Part shown: piece after piece, positions 12,720 through 26,908 of the stretch
How positions within the stretch are numbered: the stretch's first letter is position 1
How the letters are laid out: each line of letters starts with the position of its first letter
Program-made: the position numbers and the translations under genes
Notes under the pieces: generated by a model
Seen by the model: only the letters and a program-made list of their open reading frames with translations
The model's database searches: none
Told to the model about the DNA's origin: nothing
Source: Paragordius varius
Taxonomy: Eukaryota > Animalia > Nematomorpha
DNA: 64,000 nucleotides
Direction: 5' to 3'
Assembly (NCBI GenBank): GCA_964247055.1
Contig: OZ176057.1
Coordinates: forward strand, 2,666,001 to 2,730,000

Positions 12720-15700
12720 ATTTACAATTCAAATTCACCCTTGCAATTCAAAATCACCCTCGAACAATTTAAATTCACCCTATAAATTATATGTTTTTAA
12801 GATTAAAAATTACTTATATTTTTGAAAAATAAATTTTTTTAAATTAAAGTTTAACTAAAAAAATACTAAAGCATAGCATAAACTTATATTTTATATTAAT
12901 AATGAGTTATATTAGTTCGAAATACATAATTTATTTTGAGGGTGAATTTGAATTGTTCAAGGGTGAATTTGAACTGTTAATGATCTGACAAAATATTCTA
13001 GTATATTCTTGCCCATTGAATAAACTTATTCAGAAAACTTGTTCAATAAATATCAATATTTGGCTATAACTTTTTGTATTTGCAAATTATGGTTATTTAA
13101 ATTTTTCGCGGGCCGCAAAAACAATGTTTAGGGCGGGTCACGCGGACACCCCTGCTTTAAATAAATCAATCACGGAGTGAAAATTTTAATTTGCTTTAAA
13201 ACAAAAATAAGCTATCTGCTAATACAGTGGATTAAATAAAAGAATATTTGTAATAAAATGAATAAAAATGAATATTAGTGAAAATAAAAAAGAAACAAAG
13301 GGCCATAGTGTACGTGCAAGCATTACCATGCATCCATTAACACTTGGATACAACACACTCATTTTAGTCCTTCGATTCAAATTGGGGTAGTTGGATACCC
13401 CAGACCTGTTTAAAAAATACTTTACAAAATATGGAAGTAATCGAAACAATGACAAAATTTTGCACTTATATAACATTAATAAACCGAAATATATACAAAA
13501 AATTTATTCAAAAATACTTGATATTACTTATTTTGAGCTAAAACTGAAAGGTAAAAATTTAGTCAACGTGACATGTGTCAAATTGTAAAATTAAAAAATA
13601 ATACAAAATAAACCGCTATTTCTATTTCTATTAATGTTAGATGTAAATTATATAAAAAATAAGCTCTAGTTTTACCCTTAAAATTAAATGAAGATGATAT
13701 TTTGCAAAAATTTTGTGCATTAAAAATGGCGTCGAAGTAGTTTGATACGGAACTTTTTCGAAACAAAATTTTATCAAGATATTTTGGTATATTTATATTA
13801 TATTTATCAGGATAGAAGTATAAATTTAACTTGGTACCGTTTCATTCAGTAGTTTTTTAAATATATTAATTTAAATTTAGTCTGGGGTATTTAGATACCC
13901 CAATTCGAATCCAAGTGTTAATAATGGGCATGGGGTAATGTTTATTCGTACACCATGGCCCTTTGTTTCTTTTTTATTTTCATACTAATTTTCATTTCTT
14001 TACTACAAAAATTTTTTCTTTTATTTAATTCACTGTATAAGGATGATAAAATTTTTACGCGCGAAATAAAAGATGTTCCTTTGCACTATGCAGTTTGAGA
14101 ATGGTATGGAGAGTTTGAAAATCTTTATATCGTTTCCGTATAGTCCAATGATATTTCCCGTGACTTAATTCAATCACATATCTAAACAGGGGCAAAAACA
14201 CGTGATATACCATTTACAAATCAAATTCACCCTTAAACAATTCAAATTCACCTATAAATAATTCAAATTCACCCTTAGTTCAAATTCACCCTCGAACAAT
14301 TCAAATTCACCCTCGAACAATTCAAATTCACCCTTAAACAGAAATCAAATTAACACTAAAACGATTCAAATTCACCCTTGAACAATTCAAATTACTCACC
14401 CTAAAAATATGTGTTTTCGGGCTAATATAAGTCATGATCCGAAAAAAATATATTCTTATGGTATAGTTTATTTTAGTTCAGTATTAATTTTAAACAAATT
14501 TTCTAAAAATATATAAAAACATGGATAATTTTTTAATTAACATAATTTATTTTAGGGTAAATTTGAGTTACTCGAGGGTGAATTTGAATTGTTCAATATA
14601 TGATAACTGTATGGGGCTTATCAAAAATAAAATTAATTTTTAATAAAAGAGTTCAAATAAATTCTAAATTTTTTAATATTGCTGTTACATAAGAAAGTTT
14701 TGGTTGAAGATATTAAATAAGTTAAAATGTTATAACTATTATCAATTATTAAAATATCAATTATAAAATGTTGATAACTGGAAAATCAATAAAAATCCCA
14801 AAATTTACAGTATTCGATAACGAACACATTTTAATTCAAACTTCAATTCCAAAAATGAAGACAAATCACAAATATCAAATCAATTTCTCAAAAATTAATT
14901 ATAGAAATAATGGTGGGGTGGTTACATGTTGGGGTATAAAATGTTCCCTCGTGGACAATGCACATATTGTGAAATGCGGACTTCTATGGGTGTGTTTGGA
15001 ATCCACACTTGTCTTTGCATTCGTAAAATCATAGGACCAGTAATCATTGCAAAGGGTAGGAGGGATGGACCTTTAAATAAGATTAACATTAGTTATGAGA
15101 GTTTTTTAATTGTTGCGTGAAAAGTATATATACCATTTACAATTCAAAATCAGCCTTTAAACGATTCAAAATCAGCCTTTGAACAATTCAAATTCACCAT
15201 TCAAAAATATTATATGTTTTTATTAAAGATTAAAAATTACCTATATTTTAATAATATTTTTTTTAAAAACGCTAATTTTGTTTAAAATTAATATAATACT
15301 GAAAAAAATAATAAACTATGCCACAAAGATATATTTCATATTAATAATGAGCTATATTAGTTCGAAAACACATAATTGTTTTTTTAGGGTGAATTTGAAT
15401 TGTTCAAGCGTAAATTTGAATTGTTCGAGGGTGTATTTGAATTGTTAATGGCACTGTAAGGGTCGGGCGCCCTCTACCTACTATACCATGTGAATAAGCA
15501 ACAACCATTAGAATGCATACTGTTAGTAGGATTTCTTGCTATTTATTGTATTGTACTATTATTCAGTAAAAGAGAACAAGAAATGAATAGTAAAATTTTA
15601 CTATATAATAATTACATTTAATTCCCAGAATTATAAACTATTCGGATTTCTTTTTTAATTTAAGCATGCAAACACTTTATGAAAATGACAAATGGTAAAA

Positions 15701-17073
15701 TATTAAATTTTTGTTAAAAAATGGTGAAAGTTTTAAGGAAAAAATTTATTTAATAACGCTTCGACATTTTCAATTCCTAAAAGAGGGATATTATTGGGTT
15801 ATATTTTTCCTCAAAAAATTTTAACTCAAAAATCTATAATTAAAATTAAATTTAAGTTGCTTAAATCAAACATTGCTTCGTCTTAAAAGCTTATGTTTTT
15901 TATAATTTCTAACTTAGAGTCCAATGTTAGCTCCGAAATCCGATTGAACTAAAAACTGCCTATATTAAAATTAATAACTGTAAATATTTGCCTATATATA
16001 TATATATCTCTTAACCATAATTTAGACTTATTTGTTGTATTAGTTATAAAAATAAAACGGCGAGCGAGATAGTTTAAGCTAAAGAGTTTCTTTGATACAT
16101 TTTTTCAAAATTCTCTAATTTTAGAATGCGCCTTAAATACTTTTTAAAATATATTTAAATTGAAGATTGCTAGGAGCAGGTAAAAAACTGCCCCAACAGG
16201 TAATAAAGTGTGTAAATGTAACGTTCAAAAGCAAATTTTCGCCAATATTGCATTTTTGATCCATATTAATCAATCAGGGGAAGGATTGATTTAGTAATAT
16301 CGGGCTAATTGATTATTTAAAAATAAACTCTTGAAATATAAACAAACTCTTATATTACATGAAAAAAAGGGGTGATAAATGTCATAAAATTATTCTCATT
16401 GTAATTTAGAGACTTATAAGTATAGATTATCATTATAAAACGAATCTCTTAAAATTGTTATTTAAAAAAATGGAGGTTTTTTGGCGGCGAGTAAATGCTT
16501 TATTTTGAAAAATTGACCTGGTTATCTCAAGTTTTTTTTTTAAAATATATATATATAAATTTACCAAGCTTTTTTTTGCAAACATCATATAAAAAATAAT
16601 TGGCTAATAAAAAATCAATATTGTTAATTGGCGATAAAAAGTGATACTGTAATGCACATATTTTAAAAAATTGATAAATATGCCGCTTGTAGATCTAAAA
16701 ATATGTCCGATAAATATCCATTTAATTCAAGCAAGTAAAATAAAATTGAATTTTCACAAAAAATATATATTTAATAAAAGACCATGAATAAATATATTAG
16801 AAATGAATTGCATTTTACTAATAACAAAAACAAATAACTATTTTTTAAAATTACAAAAACATAATTTTACATAAAAATTGTTTTCAAAATGTTGCCAATT
16901 TTTATCTAAAAACTGTCAAAATGTAAAATTTTATGCGCAAAAATGATATATGTGATTTTTCGTTTAAGAATTTAAATACTTGGGGGAGAAACATCTTGAG
17001 TTTCGGCTTTATACATTCGATCTGCCCTATCAGGCGGAATGGTTGAACTGATAAGTTGCGATATTGTATTCAT
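709..17073 (-). CDS. PLD1: Phospholipase D1/D2-type (PX-PH-PLD), N-terminal ~491 codons; gene continues beyond position 1
   Basis: Minus-strand exons: 17073-16980 ([11 protein letters not shown]..), 15070-14926, 14181-14059 ([27 protein letters not shown]), 12273-12198, 12111-12046 (RQLEYYL), 11543-11395 ([26 protein letters not shown]), 10253-10158 ([13 protein letters not shown]), 7177-7026 (CVMLVD), 6058-5954, 4977-4749 ([10 protein letters not shown]), 2488-2333 ([10 protein letters not shown]), 792-709 ([29 protein letters not shown]). All introns are GT-AG with consistent phases. There is an in-frame TGA upstream of the ATG. PLD1 versus PLD2 orthology cannot be resolved. Confidence 0.95.
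1513..2080. mobile_element. MITE family C (TTAA TSD, piggyBac-like CAC..GTG ends), followed by a duplicated 3' segment to ~2314
   Basis: TTAA|cacttg..atccaagtg|TTAA (TTAA at 1509-1512 and 2081-2084); subterminal ggggtatttagatacccc palindrome. Confidence 0.85.
2522..3080. mobile_element. MITE family A copy
   Basis: Begins taccattttacaaatcaaattcac, followed by many ttcaaattcacccttgaacaa 21-mers and the conserved core; right end truncated. Confidence 0.85.
4515..4682. mobile_element. Family A sibling with a variant 21-mer (aaggaccaacttgaaacgttc)
   Basis: About six 21-bp units that align to aagggtgaatttgaattgttc, ending in the same terminus gtgcaaatggtata. Confidence 0.7.
6136..6508. mobile_element. 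MITE family A copy, apparently inserted at a TA inside a family B left arm starting ~6102
   Basis: tataccattttacacc..gaatttaaaattgtaattggtata; preceded by tacagtaaaaatg..caaaacgtaaaaata. Confidence 0.8.
7154..9657 (-). repeat. Tandem array, ~15 units of ~150-200 bp, in a PLD intron; overlaps the first ~24 nt of exon 7177-7026
   Basis: Recurring plus-strand motif gttgatg(g/a)acaaaaaccattttgaact near 7154, 7464, 7790, 7960, 8333, 8505, 8693, 9068 and 9630, with weaker copies between. Units also share ctcatgcgcgcactaaaatatacagtgaagggtagaataaact. Confidence 0.92.
10348..10638. mobile_element. MITE family A copy
   Basis: ccatttaaaattcatattcaccc..ttcaaactgtaaatggtata. Confidence 0.85.
12300..12582. 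mobile_element. MITE family B (Tc1/mariner/pogo-type CAGT ends, TA TSD); representative copy of ~13
   Basis: TIR cagtaaaaattgaaattatacggacaaaacgtaaaaatataaagacaaata and its inverse. Other copies at ~345-640, 11790-12035, 28340-28610, 31215-31415, 34280-34390, 34616-34916, 35760-36050, 39938-40205, 49320-49620, 54310-54490, 56965-57210 and 57427-57727. Confidence 0.85.
12648..13154. mobile_element. Non-autonomous hAT-type element (CAGGGGTGTCC TIR) containing a family A copy (12717-12981)
   Basis: caggggtgtcc..ggacacccctg with gcgggccgc subterminal motifs; the TSD is degenerate (5/8). A related copy lies at ~37757-37985. Confidence 0.75.
13225..14035. mobile_element. Palindromic MITE family F (TA|CAGT ends)
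   Basis: Arms cagtggattaaataaaag..aaagaaacaaagggccatagtgtacg and cgtacaccatggccctttgtttc..cttttatttaattcactg are inverse complements. Confidence 0.85.
13341..13917. mobile_element. MITE family C copy nested in the centre of family F
   Basis: Perfect TTAA on both sides (13337-13340 and 13918-13921); termini cacttggat/atccaagtg. Further remnants at ~11165-11295 and ~43630-46025 (reverse orientation, split by the hAT). Confidence 0.9.
14208..14600. mobile_element. MITE family A copy
   Basis: tataccatttacaaatcaaattcaccc, about eight 21-mers, core, right arm truncated. Confidence 0.85.
15131..15452. mobile_element. MITE family A copy
   Basis: taccatttacaattcaaaatc..gaattgttaatggc. Confidence 0.85.
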
Positions 17074-20000
17074 ATTAGCGAATAAAAGGTCAAAGATAGT
17101 TCAATTATTTAATCAAAATAGTAATTTAAGGGAAGAAAAATCAAAATTACATTTCCTGAATACTAATTAGATGAAAATAAATCTAAAAGATAAAATTCAA
17201 CCATAAGCAAAGTTCAAGGGGTATCATGAACTTTCGATCTTTTAAACATAAGGAATGTCATATGTTTTATATTTTAAAGGAGGAAATTTAAAACCAAATT
17301 TGTGCAAAGTAAAAGCTTCTTATATTTATATATTGATTTCTAAAAAAGGGTTATTTAGCATTAAAAATGTTTTTACCTATATACTTGATAATAAGATTGA
17401 TTGTCAGCAATTTACGGTTAGCTTTTATTTACGTGTAGTGGCCTTTTGATTTTGTAGATATTGATGTGAGAAACTTAAATCACGATAAAAAATTTTAAAT
17501 TTTTAAACTCTCTCCTAAATTATAGTTTTTACCGCTTTTTAACTTGTGGGGCTTAAAATTAGGATACCTTCAGAACACACGGTTGAAAAATTTACGGTAA
17601 AATGTTTAAAAGCTTTTAAATCCTAATTGTTTACAACATTTAACATTTGTATCAAAATATTCGCAGTCCTCCGACTCAAATCGGGTTTTTGGGATACAAA
17701 GCCTTTAAAATCATATATTTACAAAAACGTGGTGGAAATTAAAACCAATGCATATATTATTGCTGCATCGAAATATGAAAAAGACTGTTAAAATACTTAT
17801 TTTATGCTTTAAAGTAAAGATTAAGTCCATATGACATGTGTAATTTAACAAAAAAAATGATGCAAAATACACCACTTTTTATGTATTTATCAATGTGAGA
17901 TGTATTTTTAATAAAAAAAATCTATAATTCGAGCCATAAAATCAACGCACGATATTTCAAGAATGTTGTCAAATAAAAATGTCGAATTTGATAGATATTA
18001 AATTTTTAAACCAAATCTTTTTATATATTTGAAAAATACCAATCTTGGGATCTTAAAAACAATTTGAATCAAAAATTTTATCATAACCTACATTAACTTG
18101 CCGTATTCTGCGCACAAAATCGGGAGTGTGAAAAATATCTTGATAAAATAATTTTTTGATAGATAGTATCAAGTTCATGGTGTTACTTTTAGTTTTGGTG
18201 CTTTGGTAGATTTTGCAATTTTGTGTTATCGATATCGTAAAATGGCGAAATTAGTGCATATGCCAATTCAGTGCTTTTATTATTCAAAAAGGATAAGCAT
18301 TTATATAAAAAAATATTTTATAAAATTTGGACTTAATGTGACCAAAAATCACATTGTCACCCTCTAAAATGGGTACTAAACATAAAAATATCGTTTTGAT
18401 TTGAATAATCTTCGAAGTTTTAAATTCTGAAAAAGATATACATTTTGTCAAAAAATAGTTAATCATGACCCGACATATATTAAAATATTTTATCGTAATT
18501 AATTTAAAATATTATATTACTTTTTAGATATAGTTTATCTTACATTTTAAAATTAACACAAAATTTTAATTTTAAAATTAAACACAATTTGCGTTAATTT
18601 TGCCAAGTTACAGCGATTACCATTAACCTGCATACTTCATTATCCAAAAATCCAAAATCAAAAGCATATAATCCTGAAACATATCTTTCAAAATATATGT
18701 ATTTCAAAACGAAACAAAAACAGTATAATTTTCTATAAAAGATATTTGTCATAAAAATTGTTAAAATTATGGTGATGCGAATTAATCCAAGACTATTGCC
18801 AGCTGCATATTATCCAGTTCTAAACTAATAAACACGTTTTTTAAAAGATTAAAATCCAATATTATAAGGATCCTTAAATCATATATCAAAACTTTTTATT
18901 AATGGTTAAATTGTTTATGATATATTTTAAATCTTGGATTTATTTAATATATATATATATATATGTATATATTTGACTGCAGATAGACCTTATAACCCGG
19001 TGTTAGATTATCTAGGCCGGATCTAACTAAATAATTTACAAATTTAGAAAGCACTTTTAAGGTAAACTATTATTAGTGTATAATCAGCCCACAGAGACAT
19101 ATTCCTTATTGCCATAGCATAGGTATATTTATTTAATTGTAAGCTTGTCTCTATCAAATTAAGTCATTTTAACAAAATACTGAATTTAATCATTTGATAT
19201 ACAGTGGTGCATAGCTAACGCCCTCTCCCGTGCACTTTTATAAATTAAATTCATTTTGATCATCAAATACTTTAAATTATGGGAGAAAATTTTAACCACA
19301 ATTTTATCTTTATAATACATTTTTTAAAAAAACCATTGTTGCCAAAAAAATTGTATCTATCAATAAAAACTGTTAAAATTTTATCATATTTTTCCATTTA
19401 TTTCCCCCATTTTTGGTTAATGAAGTCCAGTCTAATAGTTTCATTTGCACACCTTCTAAAAAACTTTGGATTTTACATGTGTGTTCCAGATTTTTTTGAA
19501 GCGGTTTAGTTAACTAAGATGTGTTAATCGATGCAATTTCTAAAACCTATAAATTATTTGTTATTTATACAGATTTTCTGTCCTCCAATTTAAAAAATTC
19601 ACAAACTGGGTAGATTTTTTTATTTCACGAAGTATGCAAATATCTCAATTTTGACAACTCAAAAAAATCTTAAAAATATAGTTGGATAGAATGCGTACCT
19701 ATTTCTTCTAAAAAACATGATTTTGCATGCATTTTTAGGATTTATCTATTTTTAACAGGGTTTGTGTAAACCCCTTTTAAAGCCAAAAGATTGAAGGAAC
19801 ATTACTCAAACCTTTATATTATTTGTTAAATATACTTTACTTTCTATCCTCCAAATTTCAGAATTCAAAAATTCGCAATGTTATTAAAGTTATGCCACTT
19901 TGAATATTTAATTAGTCTACTAGGAGCATTCAAAAATATAAGCATAAGGACGTAAGCATAAGGACGTAAGTAAGTTACCCGAACATGGCTAGAGATCTTT

Positions 20001-20447
20001 TGATCTCTAACATTTTTGAACCCCAAAATTTGGTATTATAATTTAGATAAGGAATTTTGTAGCTATATTATTTCAGAGGTGGACTCAAATCTGTTAAAAC
20101 CATATATTAATTCGGCCGTGTTTTTTTTTGTTTAAAATTTTCCCAAATTTCTTATTAAAAATATAATTTTTCTTTAATATTAATTTTTTTAGCACCTTTT
20201 AACATTTTTATATATATATATACGATATTTGAACGAAAACGGTCATGTTCACATAAGTAAAAATAATTCAAGGTAAAAATTTTGTTTGCAATAATAATAA
20301 TAAAATTATAACTAATTACAGTTTTTAAGCTTTAATGTGAATAAGTTATAACTATAAAATAATCGACCGGACAAACTACAACGGTAAAAAAGAAATATGT
20401 ATGTATGTTTTTTGTCAAAATAATTCGATATTTTCATTTTATTACTC

Positions 20448-20484
<37 letters not shown>

Positions 20485-21632
20485 ATTACGATAAATATTT
20501 TTATCAAGAGAATTATATTCTGAAATTGATATATTTTTGCATCCATAAATTATAAAATTTTAAACTTTATTTATCCACTTAAATTTTTTCCAACCATATC
20601 AATATATGCAACCTGGAACTACTTATTATTATAAGGTAAAATTAAAGTTTTTTTACATAGTAAACACCCTCCCTTTTATATTTGACTTATTTCATGACCC
20701 TTTTAAAGATAATTTAACTTTTAATTTTAAATATTTTGAGTTATTGATTTTTTTAGCAATGTATCATAATTATATAAGATACTACGGACATATTATAAAA
20801 TTGGATTAATTGTTTTCAGCTCTTTATTATGGCTTCAAAACCGACATAGTAAGATGGAAAGGTTGTTATATATAGTTTTATAAATTTATCAAAAACTAGC
20901 ACTTTAGTAAAAAATTTGCTAAATTGTGCATGTTTCTAATCCCTATTTTTTGAAAATATCATTAGGAATCATTTTAAAATAGTTGTGTTAACTATATTTA
21001 AAATTTTATTTAGTAATTTTATATTGAATGATCTAATATACTAAAAAATTAGAGGTTTATTTGGATAAAATGAATTTAAAAAATGCTGGAATATCTGTTT
21101 CCTAACCATTATCAGTTATTTACGCATGATCGTTAAAACTTTAAGTTTATTTAGCTTTTAAAAAAACTGAGGATTCACAACGCAAAAATTACAATTTTAT
21201 AAATAAAATTTTAAAATATTTAACAAAACACATGGTACACACAAAAATATCTTGTAAAAATATAATATTTTCTGATTGAAAGATGGGGTCCTAATAGTGT
21301 TTTTTACTTTGAACCTTACGAATCATTTTAGAAAAATATTTGCACTTTTGTGGTATTGACTCCATATTGAAATATCGTAGAAATTGATAATCTTATGTTA
21401 AACAAATTTTTATGAAGAAATTAGAACTCTTTATTCCAAAAAATTGTATCAAAATTTATCATAACTATATTTTAAAAACAAAACCACATTCAACATTTTT
21501 TGAAAACTTTATTTTTTCTACGTAAGTTTTAAACTTTTGAACCGCTAGTGTATTCAAAATAAACGCAAAAAGACGGAGTTTGAAGGAATAGTCGTAACAA
21601 ATGCTAAAATGTGGTAAAAATAATTATTAAAA

Positions 21633-22005
21633 ATGCATACTTTGTTTAAAAATTTAATTTTAGTAAAATTTTGAGGGCATATCATGCATTTCGAAGCATG
21701 ATGGAAAGCAAGCGCTTCAAATTAAATACTTTTTCTCTTTAATTCAAGAATGCTGAACATTCCTAACACCTCAGAATTTTAATATTTAAAGGTTCGTTTG
21801 CTTTCAAATTTGGGAGATTTATTGTAAAAATAGTTTTATAGCAAAACGAATTTTAATCAAAGTTTGAAGGTTAGAAAATGTTCAGCATCATCGTATAATA
21901 TAGAAAAAGTTTATTTATAATATAAGGCGTTTTTATATACTCCGTACCTTAAAAAAAGTTTCATTAAAGTTTTACTTAAAATAATATTTTTGAACAAAGT
22001 ATGCA
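21633..22005. mobile_element. Foldback element (atgcatactttgtt / aacaaagtatgca); second copy at ~29672-29965
   Basis: Terminal and internal inverted repeats (gctgaacatt..ctaac / gttag..aatgttcagc); shared internal sequence between the two copies. Confidence 0.65.
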
Positions 22006-23141
22006 GTCTTTAAAAATATGTATTTTCTGGTGCACTAATCTAGCACAGAGCTGTCCAACACGCAGCCCGTAATAAATTCTAAAATCTATAATTTGGAAAA
22101 ATATGCACATAAAATCTGATTAAAATTGATATCTTTCTAACATTTTTTTGAATTAGGCTATCTATGGCAAAAACTAGAAGAAATGTTGTATTGTGATTGC
22201 ATAAAGTCTTATGCTTGTAATCATAAATAATTTAAGAATGACCCTGTATTTCAAATGCGGGCATGAACCTAATTGTGTTGGAAATTCCTTATCTAGGTGG
22301 CCAAAATTTAGCACGTTCGACACATCTTAAAATTAATTTAGCAAGGATATTGTTTTGTTTTTTAAATAAAGTTTATTATATATTTTATTGATTTTTAATA
22401 ATGCATTTATCTTTTAGCAATAAAAATTATATTTGGCATAATATGCGCAAATTTTCCATTTCTATGATAGGTAGCATACTAAGAAAGTGGTAATAATTTT
22501 CATATTTTACTCATGAGGCCCAAAACCAAAAGTACGATGAGAATTTTGATATATTCATCTATCTAAAAAAATAATTTTATTCAGAAATTTGTACCACTTT
22601 GTACCCGTGTATATGGAATATGTTTTCGGTGAGTTTTTGCAAATTTGACTAAAAAATTTTTTTCATATCCATTTTTACACCGAATCTCCAACCTTTTAAA
22701 ACAAAAACATATGACTAACAATTTGTTTGGTTCCTAAGATAGCGAAATAAAAAATATATGCTAAATCAATATATATTTTAATTTATCTATAAAAAAAAGT
22801 TTTAACATTAAAATTAAATGTTTTGTTGATAATTTGATATAATTTTAGTTAAAAAGCTTATATTTTGTTATCCCATTTTAGTTTCCAACAACTTAATCAT
22901 TAAAAAAAATGCCAAGATTTTTAGTCAAATAAAACATTCACCCTTAAATTATTTTAACATAAATTTTACTATTGATTAAAATGTATTTCAATTAATTCAT
23001 GTATAGCAAAAAATTTGAAACTAAATATATAAGCAAGCTAATTATTAAAAATTATAAATCTCTTTTAAGTGTTAAGAACTGGTAAAATACTCTTTACAAC
23101 TAATATTAAAAATGTATAACCCTAAATTTGGAACAATATTA

Positions 23142-23341
23142 CAGTATATGAGTAAGTACACATTGCTAGAAAGTTATTAATTATTGCCAAATAGTAAATA
23201 CAACAAAGAGGGCAGTATTATTGGCTTATAGTTTTAATTTTCAATATTTATTATTATTAACCAATAATAATTCTCTTTGCTGTGCATATGCTATTTGGCA
23301 ATAATTAACAACTTTCAAGCAAAATATACTTACTCATACTG
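23142..23341. mobile_element. Palindromic ~200 bp MITE (CAGT ends)
   Basis: cagtatatgagtaagta / tacttactcatactg; inner arms ttaattattgccaaatag / ctatttggcaataattaa. Confidence 0.75.
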
Positions 23342-24380
23342 TTTCACATCTAAATCATAATATATGTTCATAATTTTAAATATGTTAAAATTAAAGAATC
23401 AATTAAAAACTTTACTTGAACTTTAAAGGTAGTTTTTTATTGATACAAGTTTGTGCCAAATAAAAACCAGTGTTTAATATTCATTTGCCAGAAAATATAT
23501 GAATTCTCATCTCAAACTTTATGCCCCCAAACTTTTAATTTTTCCTGGATCGCTCATACTAGAATATTAAACAATAAATTAACTCAAAATAAATTTAATT
23601 ATGTTGTGCAAATTTTTTAAATAATTCCTCATGTTTAGAAACAGCCATTTATTAAAATTCCAAATTTTGACTGCACAAGTATAGCTATTTTTGTCCAAAA
23701 TGTTTGACAATACTTTTTAGTTAAAATACCTTTTACTTATATATTTTTTTCCAAATTTAAAAGTTCAAATATATTATGTTGGCCATCCCGCCACATTTTA
23801 CCCAATAAATAACTAACATATGTGGCAAAAAATCAATTATTTTTTCACTTTTAATATATTTGGCACACTATAAATATAGCAGAAACAAGGTGTAAAATAA
23901 TAAATATATTTATATATTTATTCATAATGATAATAATATATAATGTAAATAAAAAAATATAATTAAAAAGTAAAACTAGGCGGAGTTATATATATATATA
24001 TATATATAGGAAAAAAACTAAGCTTTACCTATCTTTCTTTTATGTGACACGGAATATATATGCATATATATTTATATTTACATATATGAAAAATAGGGGG
24101 GAATAAAAATCAATATAGATTTTTTGTTCATTTTTTGCCTTATACTTACTATACACACCGTATTTAGCAAACTTTTATCTTTTTTTAACTAAACCACAAA
24201 AAAATTTTAAATCCAGATTTTGTTTTAGATTTTTTATCTGTTTTTTGAATAACATTAATTATCATCAGACATTTATATAAAAAAGACTATTTTAACGCGA
24301 GAAAAGTATTAAATCAGTGCCTATATCAAAGAATATAGGGCAACCGCGATATTGAGAGCTTTCTGTAATTCTTATGAGTC

Positions 24381-24418
<38 letters not shown>

Positions 24419-26289
24419 GGCTAAATTTTTCAACTATCTTTCATCTTTTCGATAACGAATTTTAAAACAACTTTCTTTGGTTTCCAAATTTAAAATAGGT
24501 ATGTTTTTTACGATATATGTACATATTTAAATTAAAGTTTACATATATACTCAAATGATACTAAAATACTCTATTAATCTTATAATTAAGAAAAAAGAAT
24601 GAAAATATTTGTCTCTGCATCGAGAATAGACCAATGCTGAAATAATTTTTTTTATTAAATTTACAAATTTTTTTAGAAATTTCTATCATATTTACACGTT
24701 CATAGTATGGTGGTTTATATATGTATAAATAATAAATTAACCTTGATTTGAGAGATTTTCTGTGCTATATACACACACAATAATATAATAAATATAAATT
24801 ATGGATTTTTTGGCAATTAAATTTTTCATAAATTTACATCAAAATAAGATCATTAAAAAACGTTTTCATTTATAATTTTATGAGGTATTATTATTGTTGT
24901 TAACATAATATTTAATTATTTTTTTCAAACAATAATTTATAATAATTTAAATAATTTTATTGTTATTAAACTGAGAGGCAGTGAACTGTTAAAAATTAAA
25001 TTTTTCACAAGAAAAACTGTAAAAAAAGTTTTTTTTAATACATAAATTAATGTTTAATTCACATTCAACTAATATTTCAAGAATTTAATTTTAATATTCA
25101 AGATTTTTTCTTGTGTTTATGATCTATTAGCCGGGTTTCGATTGCATTGATTACAGATAAAGTTGACACAAAAATAGGCGCTTTTTTATAAAAATTAATT
25201 TTTTTAACTCAAATATATCTGATATCATTTCAAAAGTGTAAATTTTAGTCAATATAGATAGTTACCGTATATATAATTGATTTAACGTTTAAAAACATCA
25301 GTGCCAATTTTCAAGCTTTTTTGTCTTTGCTCCGTTTTTAATTGAAATTTGCCCATGCAATACGTATGGCTTAATATTCTTCTTCTTTTAAACCATCTCA
25401 TCTTCGTATGATATATACATGGTTTATTACCGGCATCATCATGAACCCCTATGAGAAAAAAATTAATAAGTTTTTTTAAATCGGAATAATTATTGAGTTT
25501 TTAAACAAATATTTATTTTACATAAAAAGAATTCTTGAACAGTGCTTCATATTCATACCTAATAGTATGTTTGTTGACCTTTTAAAAATAGAAAATTGCA
25601 TATGATTAGCATGAGTTCATTAGTTTAAAAAAGGCGAAGATAAAGACTTTGCCAGTTGCATTTTTCGACAAAAAAATCCCACATATGAGTAACAAATATT
25701 TTACTAAATTTTTGGCCTAAGACTGTTAAAACAACTATTTATTTCAACATTTTTGCTTGTTCACTGCCAAAATTTGGCAAGATTTATCAGAAAATTGATT
25801 AAGAAAATTTTTTCCTTAGATTTCGTAGAATTTTATATCTGATTTTGGAGGGTGTTGACACCCCTTAATTTAAGGCCAAGCATATAATAAAGGTCATTCC
25901 TCATATGCTACTGGGGTCCACTCTTTTAAAAGTATTTTTCATTCCTGTTTGCCTATTACGTTTTAAAATGACCAGCAAAATATTTTTTCAATGAATGTAT
26001 TTGAGGGAAGAGAAAACTGTAAAATTGCGTTTTTAATCTCTAATTGGCTAAATTAAATCATATATTAGTGCTTAAAAAATTATATAGATACATGTGTAAA
26101 ATTTGGCTACACTCTTATACCAATAAAAGTACAGAACGCCAGATAAAGATTGTGTTACACTAGAGTTTGCGTTTTTTCAAATATTTAATTTACGATGTTT
26201 CGCTGTAAAACTAGCATTAGGATCTCTGTGTGAAAAATATATAAATATCTGCATCATGACCCTTATCGAATATAATTAAAGCTCAATTT

Positions 26290-26908
26290 TCTGTTTTATT
26301 AACATCTTTTCAATCAATAACCTATATATTTATAAAAATGGAAAATGCTGGCTTTGTGATCTGTTTCCGGAAAACCGGTAGACCCATTCAAATTCAAATA
26401 TCGAAAAAATATAATAATATATGCCACAATAGCTTCGCCCTTTTTTGATATAGGCCCCCAGTTCGGGCCCACCCCGTGTGGAAAACGGTTTTTTTGAAAA
26501 CACAAGTCCACAAAAATCGTGTCTTCGAGACAATTTTCCGGAGAACGTGTTGGACCATTCAATTTCAAATATGATTTTTGTTTAGTTATTTTCGATTGCG
26601 CCGAACATAGTCGTCTCGCTTTTTTAATTTGGGCCCTCTTTTTACCCGCTTCCCCCGTAAAATGCCATTTTTTCAAAAAACAAAGTCCACAAAAATAATT
26701 TTTTGAATCTATTTTTCGCCCAAGTAAACAATATATTAGCATGAATGCACCGTTTTAAAATTCCTATGAGATCATAGCTATTAAATAATGTTTCGAAATA
26801 ATTCACATATGTGGATCATTTTATTGTTCTTTTTTTTTCAAGGAACCCCCCCCCCCAGAAGTCCGAAGGACTTCCTCGGGCTGCGTAGCAGCACGAGATT
26901 TACGCTAG
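26290..26908 (+). mobile_element. Non-autonomous Helitron; 3' end clear, 5' end approximate
   Basis: Hairpin ctcgggctgc-gta-gcagcacgag (26875-26897), then 7 nt, then CTAG (26905-26908) followed by T. GC-richer body with internal direct repeats (aagtccacaaaaat, gacc(c)attcaa). Confidence 0.7.

Noticed and set aside
26314-26742. 142-aa minus-strand ORF
   Set aside because: It lies within the Helitron-like repeat, has no recognisable domain, and has overlapping ORFs in another frame.
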